Below are positions 36,938-45,056 of a DNA stretch of 64,000 nucleotides, piece by piece (position 1 is the stretch's first letter; each line of letters begins with the position of its first letter). The translations under genes were made by a program, and so were the position numbers. The stretch covers positions 44,734 through 108,733 of the forward strand of contig JAYZFI010000014.1 of NCBI GenBank assembly GCA_036336855.1. Direction: 5' to 3'. The notes under the pieces are model-generated. The model made no database searches, was not told where the DNA came from, and worked only from the letters and a program-made list of their open reading frames with translations. Source of the stretch: Candidatus Latescibacterota bacterium. Its GTDB lineage: Bacteria; Latescibacterota; UBA2968; UBA8231.

Positions 36938-38311
36938 TTAACCAAAGAATGTCGGATACGGTTCGCCCAAGGCCTCGCGGCGGATCAGCAGAACCAGCTC
37001 CATGGTGTGATAGTCGCCCCACATGGCGGACTCTCCGCAAGGGATCTTGCGGCCGCGGGGGGTGTGATCCCAACCGTTGGGACGGTGGTAGATGGCATGC
37101 AGGGTGAGCCCCTGATGGCGCGCTGTCGTAGAAAGGTAGGGCTCTGTGAGCAGCGCGGCGGCAATGGTGAAGGCTGCGGCGCGGTAGCGACGACCCCGGG
37201 TGAGGTCACCTTTATCAACAAAGTAGTTGCCCAGTCTCAAGTAACCTTGGGCGCAGATAGCGGCGGCCGACGAGTCTAGGGGTTCGACGTCATTGTAGGG
37301 ATCAGACGTAGACCGCGAATAATCGCCAAAAGACGCGACGCTCGGTGCGCCCGTGTCCCAAAAGGGGACGCCGTCGGCAAAGCTGTGATGAATGTGGAAG
37401 TCGGCGGTGGCAACGGCGGCTTTCTCCATCATGGCCAGGAGTGGGAGGCGCTTTGCGTGGGGTTCGAGATCGGAGCTCTTCAGTTTTCGGATGAATTCCA
37501 GCTGCTCGGCGTAGCCGCATAGAATCCAGCTCAACCCCCTTGTCCAAGTGGAGAACGGCGAGTAGCCCTGTTGGGTGCTGGGGCAGCGATAGTTGCCGTC
37601 GTTGGCATTGAAGATGGATTCATGGACGACGCGGCCGGGCCGGTCGTAAGCATCGCGACCTTCTCCGTAGTAGACGTTGAAATTCGCTGTCGTCGTGGTG
37701 TGCTCGATGGCGCGACCGAGCAACGAGATCGGTTGATCTCCTTCGCCCATGAGCACGTGGCCGAGCTGGTGGGCAAGGTACAGGATGCGCAGAGTGCGAA
37801 TGGTATCGGAAAACAGGGAATGGGACCCGTTGAAGGAGTGGATGAAACCGCCTCCAGAGGCGATCTGTGTCCAGCGCGCAGCCTGAATCGCACCCGACAG
37901 TTTGATTGCCAGCTCGTAGAAGTCAAGCTCGGTTCGGTCCCCTGTGATACGCCCCTCGCGTATGAGACGGCGGAGGTTGCCGTACGTGGAAAGGTTATTG
38001 AAGCCGTGGTCGTGAACTCCGACGTGGGAAACATGTGGAGCCATGTTCCGAATGGTGTGACGGCGTCCGAGCTCGAGAAAGCTATCGTCGTCCGTCATGT
38101 CGTACTGGAGAATTGCGCATCCGTACTGAAACCCCTGAGTCCACTCCGTCCAGCCCCGGGTAGTGTAACGACCGTTGGTGGTGAAGACCGGAGTGCCGTA
38201 CTGCGGATTCCAAGTCGATTCCAGTGAACGGATCTTCTTGCCCGAGAGCTTGAGAAACCGATCGGTGGCGGGCAGGAGTTTCTTCGCAGTCTGGCGTTTG
38301 TCGATTTTCAC
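36938..38311 (-). CDS. glycoside hydrolase family 88 unsaturated glucuronyl/uronyl hydrolase
   Basis: 457 aa. Matches remembered Bacillus UGL signatures: HDHGF (UGL HDIGF catalytic Asp), STWTRGLSWILCGYA (UGL STWTRGQAWGIYGFA) and WGDYHTMELV (UGL WGDYYYLEAL). Confidence 0.65.
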   Translation of the reverse strand: MKIDKRQTAKKLLPATDRFLKLSGKKIRSLESTWNPQYGTPVFTTNGRYTTRGWTEWTQGFQYGCAILQYDMTDDDSFLELGRRHTIRNMAPHVSHVGVHDHGFNNLSTYGNLRRLIREGRITGDRTELDFYELAIKLSGAIQAARWTQIASGGGFIHSFNGSHSLFSDTIRTLRILYLAHQLGHVLMGEGDQPISLLGRAIEHTTTTANFNVYYGEGRDAYDRPGRVVHESIFNANDGNYRCPSTQQGYSPFSTWTRGLSWILCGYAEQLEFIRKLKSSDLEPHAKRLPLLAMMEKAAVATADFHIHHSFADGVPFWDTGAPSVASFGDYSRSTSDPYNDVEPLDSSAAAICAQGYLRLGNYFVDKGDLTRGRRYRAAAFTIAAALLTEPYLSTTARHQGLTLHAIYHRPNGWDHTPRGRKIPCGESAMWGDYHTMELVLLIRREALGEPYPTFFG

Positions 38312-38324
38312 TGTGCTCTCTTTG

Positions 38325-39650
38325 CTATTGATAGGACACGTTATAGATGGGCTTAATCCCTTCTGTCAACCACTGCGAGTGGGATTCCCTCATTCGGCGT
38401 AGCTGATCTGGGTAGACCTTTGCGACGTTGCGCTGTTCGCCGGAATCTTCGAAGAGATCGCTCAGGTGAACACCTTCTGGTGTAGCGGAAAGTTTCCACC
38501 TGCCCTGACGCACCGCCCAGTAAGAGCCCAGCATCCAGTGAAGAGCTTGGTGCGGACTGGGCGCGTCATCGATCAGCACGCCAGTGAGGTTTTTGCCGTC
38601 CACTGTTCCGGCCTGAATTCCGCAGAGTTGGCAGAGAGTAGGAAACCAGTCGAGGCCACTGGAGATCTGTTGGCGAATCTTGCCCGCTGGGAATCGCGCC
38701 GGCCACGAGGCGATGCAAGGCACGCGAATACCCCCCTCCCAAAGTGTGCCCTTGTGGCCGCGATGAGGACCTGACCACCCTCCTCCACTCCCAGCTGCTT
38801 CCTCCTCTGAATGGCCGTGATCGCTGAGGAAGATGACGATAGTCTTTTCGGTAAGAGACGCTTGGTCCACTGCATCCAGAATTTGGCCAATCTTGTCGTC
38901 CATGGACTGCACTGTAGCTGCGTAGGCGCGTCGATTCGCGGATGACAGGGACAGATTCTCATCCACAAAACGTTTCTCGGGCTGAAGGGGGTAGTGAGGC
39001 ATGTTGAAAGAGGCACAGAGAAAGAAGGGACGAGATCTGTTTCTCTCAACGAACTGACCGCACTCCCGCGCCAGGATGTCGGGGAAGAACACCCCGTCCT
39101 CACGATAAGGCTGCCGTTTCTTCCACAGCGCGTGCCTCGGAGCCCCTCCCCAGTAGTTGTAGTGCGAATAGTTGTCGATGGCCCCGACCAGGTGTCCGAG
39201 GAATTCATCGAAGCCCTGCGACAACGGATCCCAGTCGTCAAATCCACCGAGATGCCACTTGCCGAAAAACCCAGTGCGGTAGCCCCCAGCGCGAAAGGTT
39301 TCCGCGATGGTGGTCTCGTCAGGGGCAATTCCCTTGCCGGGAACGAGGCAGCGCTGGAAGTGGCGGCCCGTCATCAGGCCCGCCCTCGAGGCTGTGCACA
39401 GAGGGGCGGGCGCGTAGAAGCTGGTTAAGCGTACTCCGCGGCGCGCCAAATCGTCCAAATGCGGTGTCTTGAGATCGTCGGCCCCGAAGCAGCCGACGTC
39501 TCTACTTCCCAGATCATCTGCCACAATCAGCACGACGTTGGGCCGGACCGGGGCCTGCGCCCGTACGGCCGGAACCGCGAGGGCTGTCGCCCCCCAAGCC
39601 AATCTCTGAAGAGCTTGGCGCCTCGAGAGCACACGTGTGGATCCCGCCAT
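38325..39650 (-). CDS. formylglycine-dependent sulfatase, Tat-exported
   Basis: 441 aa. Twin-arginine signal (SRRQALQRLAWGATALAVPAVRAQA). Sulfatase N-terminus VVLIVADDLGSRD, FGly motif CTASRAGLMTGR (a C-x-A-x-R variant), GKWHLG. Confidence 0.9.
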   Translation of the reverse strand: MAGSTRVLSRRQALQRLAWGATALAVPAVRAQAPVRPNVVLIVADDLGSRDVGCFGADDLKTPHLDDLARRGVRLTSFYAPAPLCTASRAGLMTGRHFQRCLVPGKGIAPDETTIAETFRAGGYRTGFFGKWHLGGFDDWDPLSQGFDEFLGHLVGAIDNYSHYNYWGGAPRHALWKKRQPYREDGVFFPDILARECGQFVERNRSRPFFLCASFNMPHYPLQPEKRFVDENLSLSSANRRAYAATVQSMDDKIGQILDAVDQASLTEKTIVIFLSDHGHSEEEAAGSGGGWSGPHRGHKGTLWEGGIRVPCIASWPARFPAGKIRQQISSGLDWFPTLCQLCGIQAGTVDGKNLTGVLIDDAPSPHQALHWMLGSYWAVRQGRWKLSATPEGVHLSDLFEDSGEQRNVAKVYPDQLRRMRESHSQWLTEGIKPIYNVSYQ

Positions 39651-39653
39651 AGC

Positions 39654-40985
39654 CTACTGGTAGTCGACGGTATACACCGGCGTCATTCCCTTTGCAAGCC
39701 AACGCTGGTGGAGAGACTCGAGTCGCTCCACGACGTCGGGTCGACTGTTGAGCTGGTTGGTGCCTTCGCCCGGATCGGCTTGCAGGTCGCTGAGTATCTG
39801 TCCCGCGGGTTCGGTTATGAGCTTCCATCGTCCTTGGAGGACAGCCCAATGCGAGCCCACCATCCAATGCATGCTGGCGTGGGGACTGTCGGCATTAGCG
39901 GCAATGACGTCGGCAAGGTCACGGCCGTCGAAGGAAAACGAGGAAAGGGAGATGCCACAGTAGCCTGCCAGGGTCGGCAGGAGGTCCATACTTGATGCTA
40001 TCTGTTGGCGTACCTCACCACGCGGAAAGGTTCCCGGCCAGGAGATGAGGGCGGGAACCCGCAGGCCTCCCTCGAACAAAGTTTTCTTGTGGCCGCGAAA
40101 CACACCTGTCCACCCCCCGCCACTCTCGGCTGCCTGCTCTACGGAGTGGCCGTTGTCGCTTAGCAGAACAACGATAGTGTCACGCTCTATGCTTAGCTCT
40201 TGAACACGGTTGACGATCTGCCCCACTTTTTCGTCCAGGGAAGCGAGGACAGCTGCATAGCGTCTGCGGGCCGGATCCTGGATGTGATCGAAGGCTCCTG
40301 AGAACTCGGACTCCACCTGCAAGGGGTAGTGGGGCATGTTGAAAGAGGCACAGACAAAAAACGGCCGACCGACAGATTCGCCAATGAAGCGTATGGTCTC
40401 CTGGGTGACGATGTCCGGGAAGAACTTACCGGGGCGGTGCAGAGGTTGCTCGTTGTACCAGAGGTCGTGCTCCGGTGTTCCCGACCAATAGTGGTAGTGG
40501 GAGTAGTTGTCGATGGCACCTGTCTTGTGACCAATGAACTCGTCGAAGCCACGGTCGGTGGGAATCATCCCGGGCCTGCCTCCCAGGTGCCACTTGCCGA
40601 ACATCCCGGTTCGGTAGCCGGCGTCTCGAAAGACCTCCGCCATGGTCACGAATCTAGGATCGATTCCGTGCTCGGTGAGCACGCGCTGGAAGTAATGACC
40701 AGTAAATAGCGACGCCCTCGATGCCGAGCACAGGGGAGCGGCTACGTAGAACTGAGTGAAGCGCACCCCCGCACTCGCGAGTGCATCCATGTTGGGAGTA
40801 CGCAGGTCAGCGGCTCCGTAGCAACCCATGTCTAGCGTTCCCTGATCATCCGTAATGATCAGCAGCACGTTTGGGGACGGAGTTGCCATCGCTCCGGGCG
40901 CGATTCCACTGAAAGCAGCAGCAGCGCCTCCGCCGACTAGCGTGCGGAGGGCCTGACGGCGCGTGATCTCGGCTGAACCCGGCAA
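39654..40985 (-). CDS. formylglycine-dependent sulfatase, Tat-exported (tandem paralog)
   Basis: 443 aa, TTG start. Tat signal (TRRQALRTL...AMA). CSASRASLFTGH and GKWHLGG. C-terminus collinear with the neighbouring sulfatase. Confidence 0.9.
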   Translation of the reverse strand: MPGSAEITRRQALRTLVGGGAAAAFSGIAPGAMATPSPNVLLIITDDQGTLDMGCYGAADLRTPNMDALASAGVRFTQFYVAAPLCSASRASLFTGHYFQRVLTEHGIDPRFVTMAEVFRDAGYRTGMFGKWHLGGRPGMIPTDRGFDEFIGHKTGAIDNYSHYHYWSGTPEHDLWYNEQPLHRPGKFFPDIVTQETIRFIGESVGRPFFVCASFNMPHYPLQVESEFSGAFDHIQDPARRRYAAVLASLDEKVGQIVNRVQELSIERDTIVVLLSDNGHSVEQAAESGGGWTGVFRGHKKTLFEGGLRVPALISWPGTFPRGEVRQQIASSMDLLPTLAGYCGISLSSFSFDGRDLADVIAANADSPHASMHWMVGSHWAVLQGRWKLITEPAGQILSDLQADPGEGTNQLNSRPDVVERLESLHQRWLAKGMTPVYTVDYQ

Positions 40986-41115
40986 TTGACTTCGTTAGGA
41001 GGGAATTAGAAGGGCGGCAAAGATACGCGACCCTGCTCTCGGGTCAATCAGCCTGGGTACAACAACAGTGACGCCCTAGGTTCTTCCACTTCACCGAGCC
41101 CGTACGGAGAGGAAC
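40986..41115. promoter_or_regulatory. divergent intergenic control region between the two operon arms of the sulfatase/GT-C locus
   Basis: 130-bp gap between divergently oriented sulfatase genes. Contains direct repeat TAGGAGGG-aat-TAGAAGGG and the palindrome CAATTG. GGAGAGG SD sits before the plus-strand ATG at 41116. Confidence 0.3.
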
Positions 41116-42618
41116 ATGACGACGGCCAATAGGCCCAACCTCATTTTTATCATCACCGACCAACAGCGTGCAGATACGATCCGCGCCTGGGGCCATTCCC
41201 ACATGGTGACACCGGCCATGGACAAGTTGTGCAAGGATGGGCGCTCTTTCCGGCAGGCGTTTTGCCCGGGAGCGACCTGCGTCGCCTCCCGCGCTGCTAT
41301 CTTCACCGGCATGTACCCGCACACGACGGGAGTGTACAGCTTCGATGCCTGGGCGGGGCATCGAAGCTGGGTGGAAGATCTCGCCGACGCCGGCTATCGC
41401 TGCATTAACATTGGCAAGATGCACATCACTCCACAGAGCGAGAACGGAGGATTCCATGAGCGGATCATCGTCGAAAATCCGACCAATAAGGAATTGATCA
41501 ACGGTGGCGCCGACGACGATTGGGGGCGTTACCTGACTCATCACGGTGAGTCCAGACCCAACGACCGCCACGAAACTGATTCCGACTGGATCGACAAGGT
41601 GCAAGGCGTGCCGTGGCATCTGGAGGAGCGTTTCCACAGCGATGTGTTCATTGGCGACGCGGCAGTTTCGTGGATCCGTAGTCATCGGGGCGACGACCCG
41701 CTGTTTCTCCAGATCGGGTTCGCCGGACCCCACGAGCCCTGGGACCCACTACCGCGACATCTCGAGCTCTACCACGGAGTGCAGCTACCTGATCCGGTCT
41801 TTCGGGAGAGCGAGCTCGACAGCAAGCCGCCGCAGCACCAAGCGCATCACCGCACTCATGCCGAGGCCGATCACGAATCCCGGATCGACGTCCAGAATAC
41901 GTCCCCGGAGCAGATCGATCACATGCGTCGCCACTATTATGCGAAGATCACCACCGTCGATGAGCAGATCGGCCGAGTGTTGGAAGCACTGGACGAGCGC
42001 GGCTGGAGGGACAACAGCCTCCTCGTGTTCTGCTCTGATCACGGCGAGCTGCTGGGAGATCACAACCTCGCGTACAAATGGCTGATGTACGATGCCATCA
42101 CTCGAGTTCCCCTCGTCGTTTGTGATCGTCGCGAGGGTGCGGATTCGCAAGGCGGCGGCGTCTGCGACGAACTGGTCTCCCTGATCGATCTGGGACCGAC
42201 CTTTCTCGAAGCAGCGGGGATCGACCGGCCGGATTATCTGGAGGGGTGTTCTCTGCTGCCCTGCTCGAACAGCGGTAGATACTCCCGAGATCGCGTGTAT
42301 GCGGAAGACAACTACCAAATCATGATGCGCACCCACGATCTCAAGATCGTGTATTACATCGGCCAGGAGCTTGGCGAGCTCTACAACCTGAGTGAGGATC
42401 CAGACGAGCTTTGGAATCTTTGGGAAGACCCGGCGCATCGAGAGACGCGCGATCGCCTGCTACGGGAGTTGCTCGACTGGTTGGCATCGAGCACATACTG
42501 GAACGCAGGTTATCGCCGCGACCGCAGCGCGAACTACCGGATGCGCTGGCCCGCCCCGGATGACCCCTACCTCCATGGGCGCTACTCGCGACCACGGAAG
42601 AGGCAGGCTGATCTGTGA
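41116..42618 (+). CDS. formylglycine-dependent sulfatase, no signal peptide (predicted cytoplasmic)
   Basis: 500 aa. Starts directly with the sulfatase fold (NLIFIITDQQRAD). FGly motif CVASRAAIFTGM, GKMHI. No N-terminal hydrophobic segment. Stop overlaps the start of the next gene. Confidence 0.9.
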   Translation: MTTANRPNLIFIITDQQRADTIRAWGHSHMVTPAMDKLCKDGRSFRQAFCPGATCVASRAAIFTGMYPHTTGVYSFDAWAGHRSWVEDLADAGYRCINIGKMHITPQSENGGFHERIIVENPTNKELINGGADDDWGRYLTHHGESRPNDRHETDSDWIDKVQGVPWHLEERFHSDVFIGDAAVSWIRSHRGDDPLFLQIGFAGPHEPWDPLPRHLELYHGVQLPDPVFRESELDSKPPQHQAHHRTHAEADHESRIDVQNTSPEQIDHMRRHYYAKITTVDEQIGRVLEALDERGWRDNSLLVFCSDHGELLGDHNLAYKWLMYDAITRVPLVVCDRREGADSQGGGVCDELVSLIDLGPTFLEAAGIDRPDYLEGCSLLPCSNSGRYSRDRVYAEDNYQIMMRTHDLKIVYYIGQELGELYNLSEDPDELWNLWEDPAHRETRDRLLRELLDWLASSTYWNAGYRRDRSANYRMRWPAPDDPYLHGRYSRPRKRQADL

Positions 42619-45056
42619 AAGCCACCCGGATCCTGCTGCTCGTCATCATAGTGGCAGGGTTCTCACTGCGTGCAGCAGGCTTCACTCGCGGCGACACGGA
42701 TTTCGTACTGCCAGAGGATCGCGCGAAGGGATACGAATCGTCGTTCCACAGCTTTCATCCCGATGAGCTAACGCTGATCGAGTCGGCGTTGCGACCAATC
42801 GACCTCCTTAATCCTCCGTTCACGGTCTACGGAGCGCTCCCGGTGTACATGCTACGTGGCGTGCTGCTCACGGTCAGCGCCATCGGCGGATGGAACAAGT
42901 TAGAGTTGGAGACACCGGATTCAAGGCGTCGGATCTACTTTACAACACGCGCCGTCGCTCTGCTGTTCAGTCTAGGCGTATTGGCGCTGACGGCGATGAT
43001 CGCGCGTCGGTTGGCCGGTGAGTGGGGGGCATTGGTTGCTGTGTTCGCCGTCGCTTTTGCCCCCGGGGCGATTCAGCAAGCCCACTATTACATCGTTGAC
43101 GGGTTGTTCAGTCTTACATCGCTGGCGACTGTCTGGGCCATCTCTACTGTTCGCCGGGATGATCGTTGGGGGCGCTTCTGTGTTATCGGCGTCATGATCG
43201 CCATCACCATGGCGATCCGACAGAACGGCGGTCTTCTCGGTCTGTTACTCTTTGTCCAACTTGCGATTCAGGAATCATCGCCCGTGTGGCGGCAAACGAT
43301 AGCCACGATACGCTTTCGAGGCTTGTGGATAGCGGCCGGGGTCTCAGCCCTGCTATTTCTCTGTATGCATCCGTTCGTGCTTATTCGGCCGGAGATCCAA
43401 ATCGCGAAAACCGGCTATGGCAGCTTCGGCAGCGCCCTCGACACGGCCAGCCTGGCGCTGCTGCAGCCCTGGACCTTGGCGGATGTGCACACGAGCGCAT
43501 TCATCGACCACTGGTTTGGGATGATGCCCGATGTTACCGGTTGGCCCTTGACAATCGTGTTCCCTGCCACACTGGTCTGGGCCTTGTGGAAGGGGGGACC
43601 CACGGCCCGAATCATCGCCGTTTGGTGTGTTCTTTACTTCTTACCTATCGGTTTTCTCAAGGCGCGTGCAGTGCGGCACACAATCCCGCTGCTGGCACCG
43701 CTAGCGATCCTGCTGGCACTCGCTGCCCGCCATCTGTGGCCCACCATGTCCAAGAAGATCAGCATCGCGGCCATCGGTGCGGCAGCTCATTTGGTGGTAT
43801 TCGGTTGTGCTTTTACTCGGATTTATACAATTGAGGACAGCAGGCTGCAGGCGGCCAGATGGCTACAGGCGAACGCGCCGCCTGGCTCTCGAATCGGTGT
43901 CGAGGGCGGAGCGTACACGATGTCACGCTTAGTCAGCAATCGCGAGCACCAAACGCGGGGTCTGGAAACGCCGTGGGTGTTTTACTCTGGGCCTTTCATG
44001 CTGTGCGAAGATCGCGCACGTTTACTCCTTCGTCGCCTGTTGCCAACAGATTATGTTGCCGTAGTAGATGCCAATCGGCACCTCCAATACCACAAAGTTC
44101 CCGAGATCTATCCGGTAGTTGCTGATTTCTACAACCGTCTTCTCGCAGGACAATTAGGTTACGATGTAGTAGCGATCTACAAAGTGGAACCGAGGTTAGC
44201 GGGGGTACACTTTGACGAGACGTCGGCGGAGCCTTCCTACCTGGGCTACGATCACCCCACCGTATACTTGTTGCAACGGAGGTCACAGCCACTGCTTGCC
44301 GCCAATCTGTGGGCGAATGAGGTATCTATCGGGCCGCACTGTCCCGACGAGTCTTTGAGACGACTCAGTCGTAGGCTGGTAGCGGGCGATTTCGAAGCGG
44401 TGATCTCGGAGATGCCAGAGCATCAAGCAGCATATCCCTGGAACCTGCTCGGCGATCGTCTCGAGGCTGAGGCGGGGTGGCGACAAAGCCCAAAGGGAGA
44501 CCGCCCGCCCTTCACCCCCGGTGAAACCGGCGGACGACTACAGCACGTGCGCAACCCGGCGATGGTCCATCTTTCCTATGCCTCCGCTGCAACCTCGGTT
44601 GCACGACTTGGCCTGCCGGGGTTGGCCGTTGCCACTCTCAAGGACGGCGTTGGGACCCGGACCTTGCGCTCTCGTGACTTGGTCACACAGGCGGAATCTT
44701 ATATGGAGACCGCCATCATTCTTGGCGAACTGGGTCATGATGAGGAAGAGGTGCAAGCCGCGCGACTTTCTCTGGAAGTCACGCCCACTACTGCTGTGGT
44801 AAACGCACTGGCGGGTATCGCTGCCAGGCGTGACGACAGCGAGGCGGTTCGTCGGCATCTGGAGCACTCGCTTTTACTTGACGCGAAGCAAGCGGACGTT
44901 CACGTCGGTTTGGCCGAGGTCTACCTGAAATCGATGAACAACCCGGAAACCGCGCTGCGGCATGTCGAGATCGCCCTTGGCATCGATTCCGGGCTCGCGG
45001 AAGAGGCGGAGCCGCTGCGAGCCCGAGCCCTGCAGGAGTTGGGTAGCGGTCCTTGA
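42615..45056 (+). CDS. ArnT/PMT-like GT-C membrane glycosyltransferase with C-terminal TPR domain (paralog 2)
   Basis: 813 aa. TM-rich N-terminal two-thirds with FHSFHPDE loop motif. C-terminal TPR-like helices (VHVGLAEVYLKSMNNPETALRHVEIAL). GTGA/ATGA overlaps on both sides. Confidence 0.7.
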   Translation: MKATRILLLVIIVAGFSLRAAGFTRGDTDFVLPEDRAKGYESSFHSFHPDELTLIESALRPIDLLNPPFTVYGALPVYMLRGVLLTVSAIGGWNKLELETPDSRRRIYFTTRAVALLFSLGVLALTAMIARRLAGEWGALVAVFAVAFAPGAIQQAHYYIVDGLFSLTSLATVWAISTVRRDDRWGRFCVIGVMIAITMAIRQNGGLLGLLLFVQLAIQESSPVWRQTIATIRFRGLWIAAGVSALLFLCMHPFVLIRPEIQIAKTGYGSFGSALDTASLALLQPWTLADVHTSAFIDHWFGMMPDVTGWPLTIVFPATLVWALWKGGPTARIIAVWCVLYFLPIGFLKARAVRHTIPLLAPLAILLALAARHLWPTMSKKISIAAIGAAAHLVVFGCAFTRIYTIEDSRLQAARWLQANAPPGSRIGVEGGAYTMSRLVSNREHQTRGLETPWVFYSGPFMLCEDRARLLLRRLLPTDYVAVVDANRHLQYHKVPEIYPVVADFYNRLLAGQLGYDVVAIYKVEPRLAGVHFDETSAEPSYLGYDHPTVYLLQRRSQPLLAANLWANEVSIGPHCPDESLRRLSRRLVAGDFEAVISEMPEHQAAYPWNLLGDRLEAEAGWRQSPKGDRPPFTPGETGGRLQHVRNPAMVHLSYASAATSVARLGLPGLAVATLKDGVGTRTLRSRDLVTQAESYMETAIILGELGHDEEEVQAARLSLEVTPTTAVVNALAGIAARRDDSEAVRRHLEHSLLLDAKQADVHVGLAEVYLKSMNNPETALRHVEIALGIDSGLAEEAEPLRARALQELGSGP

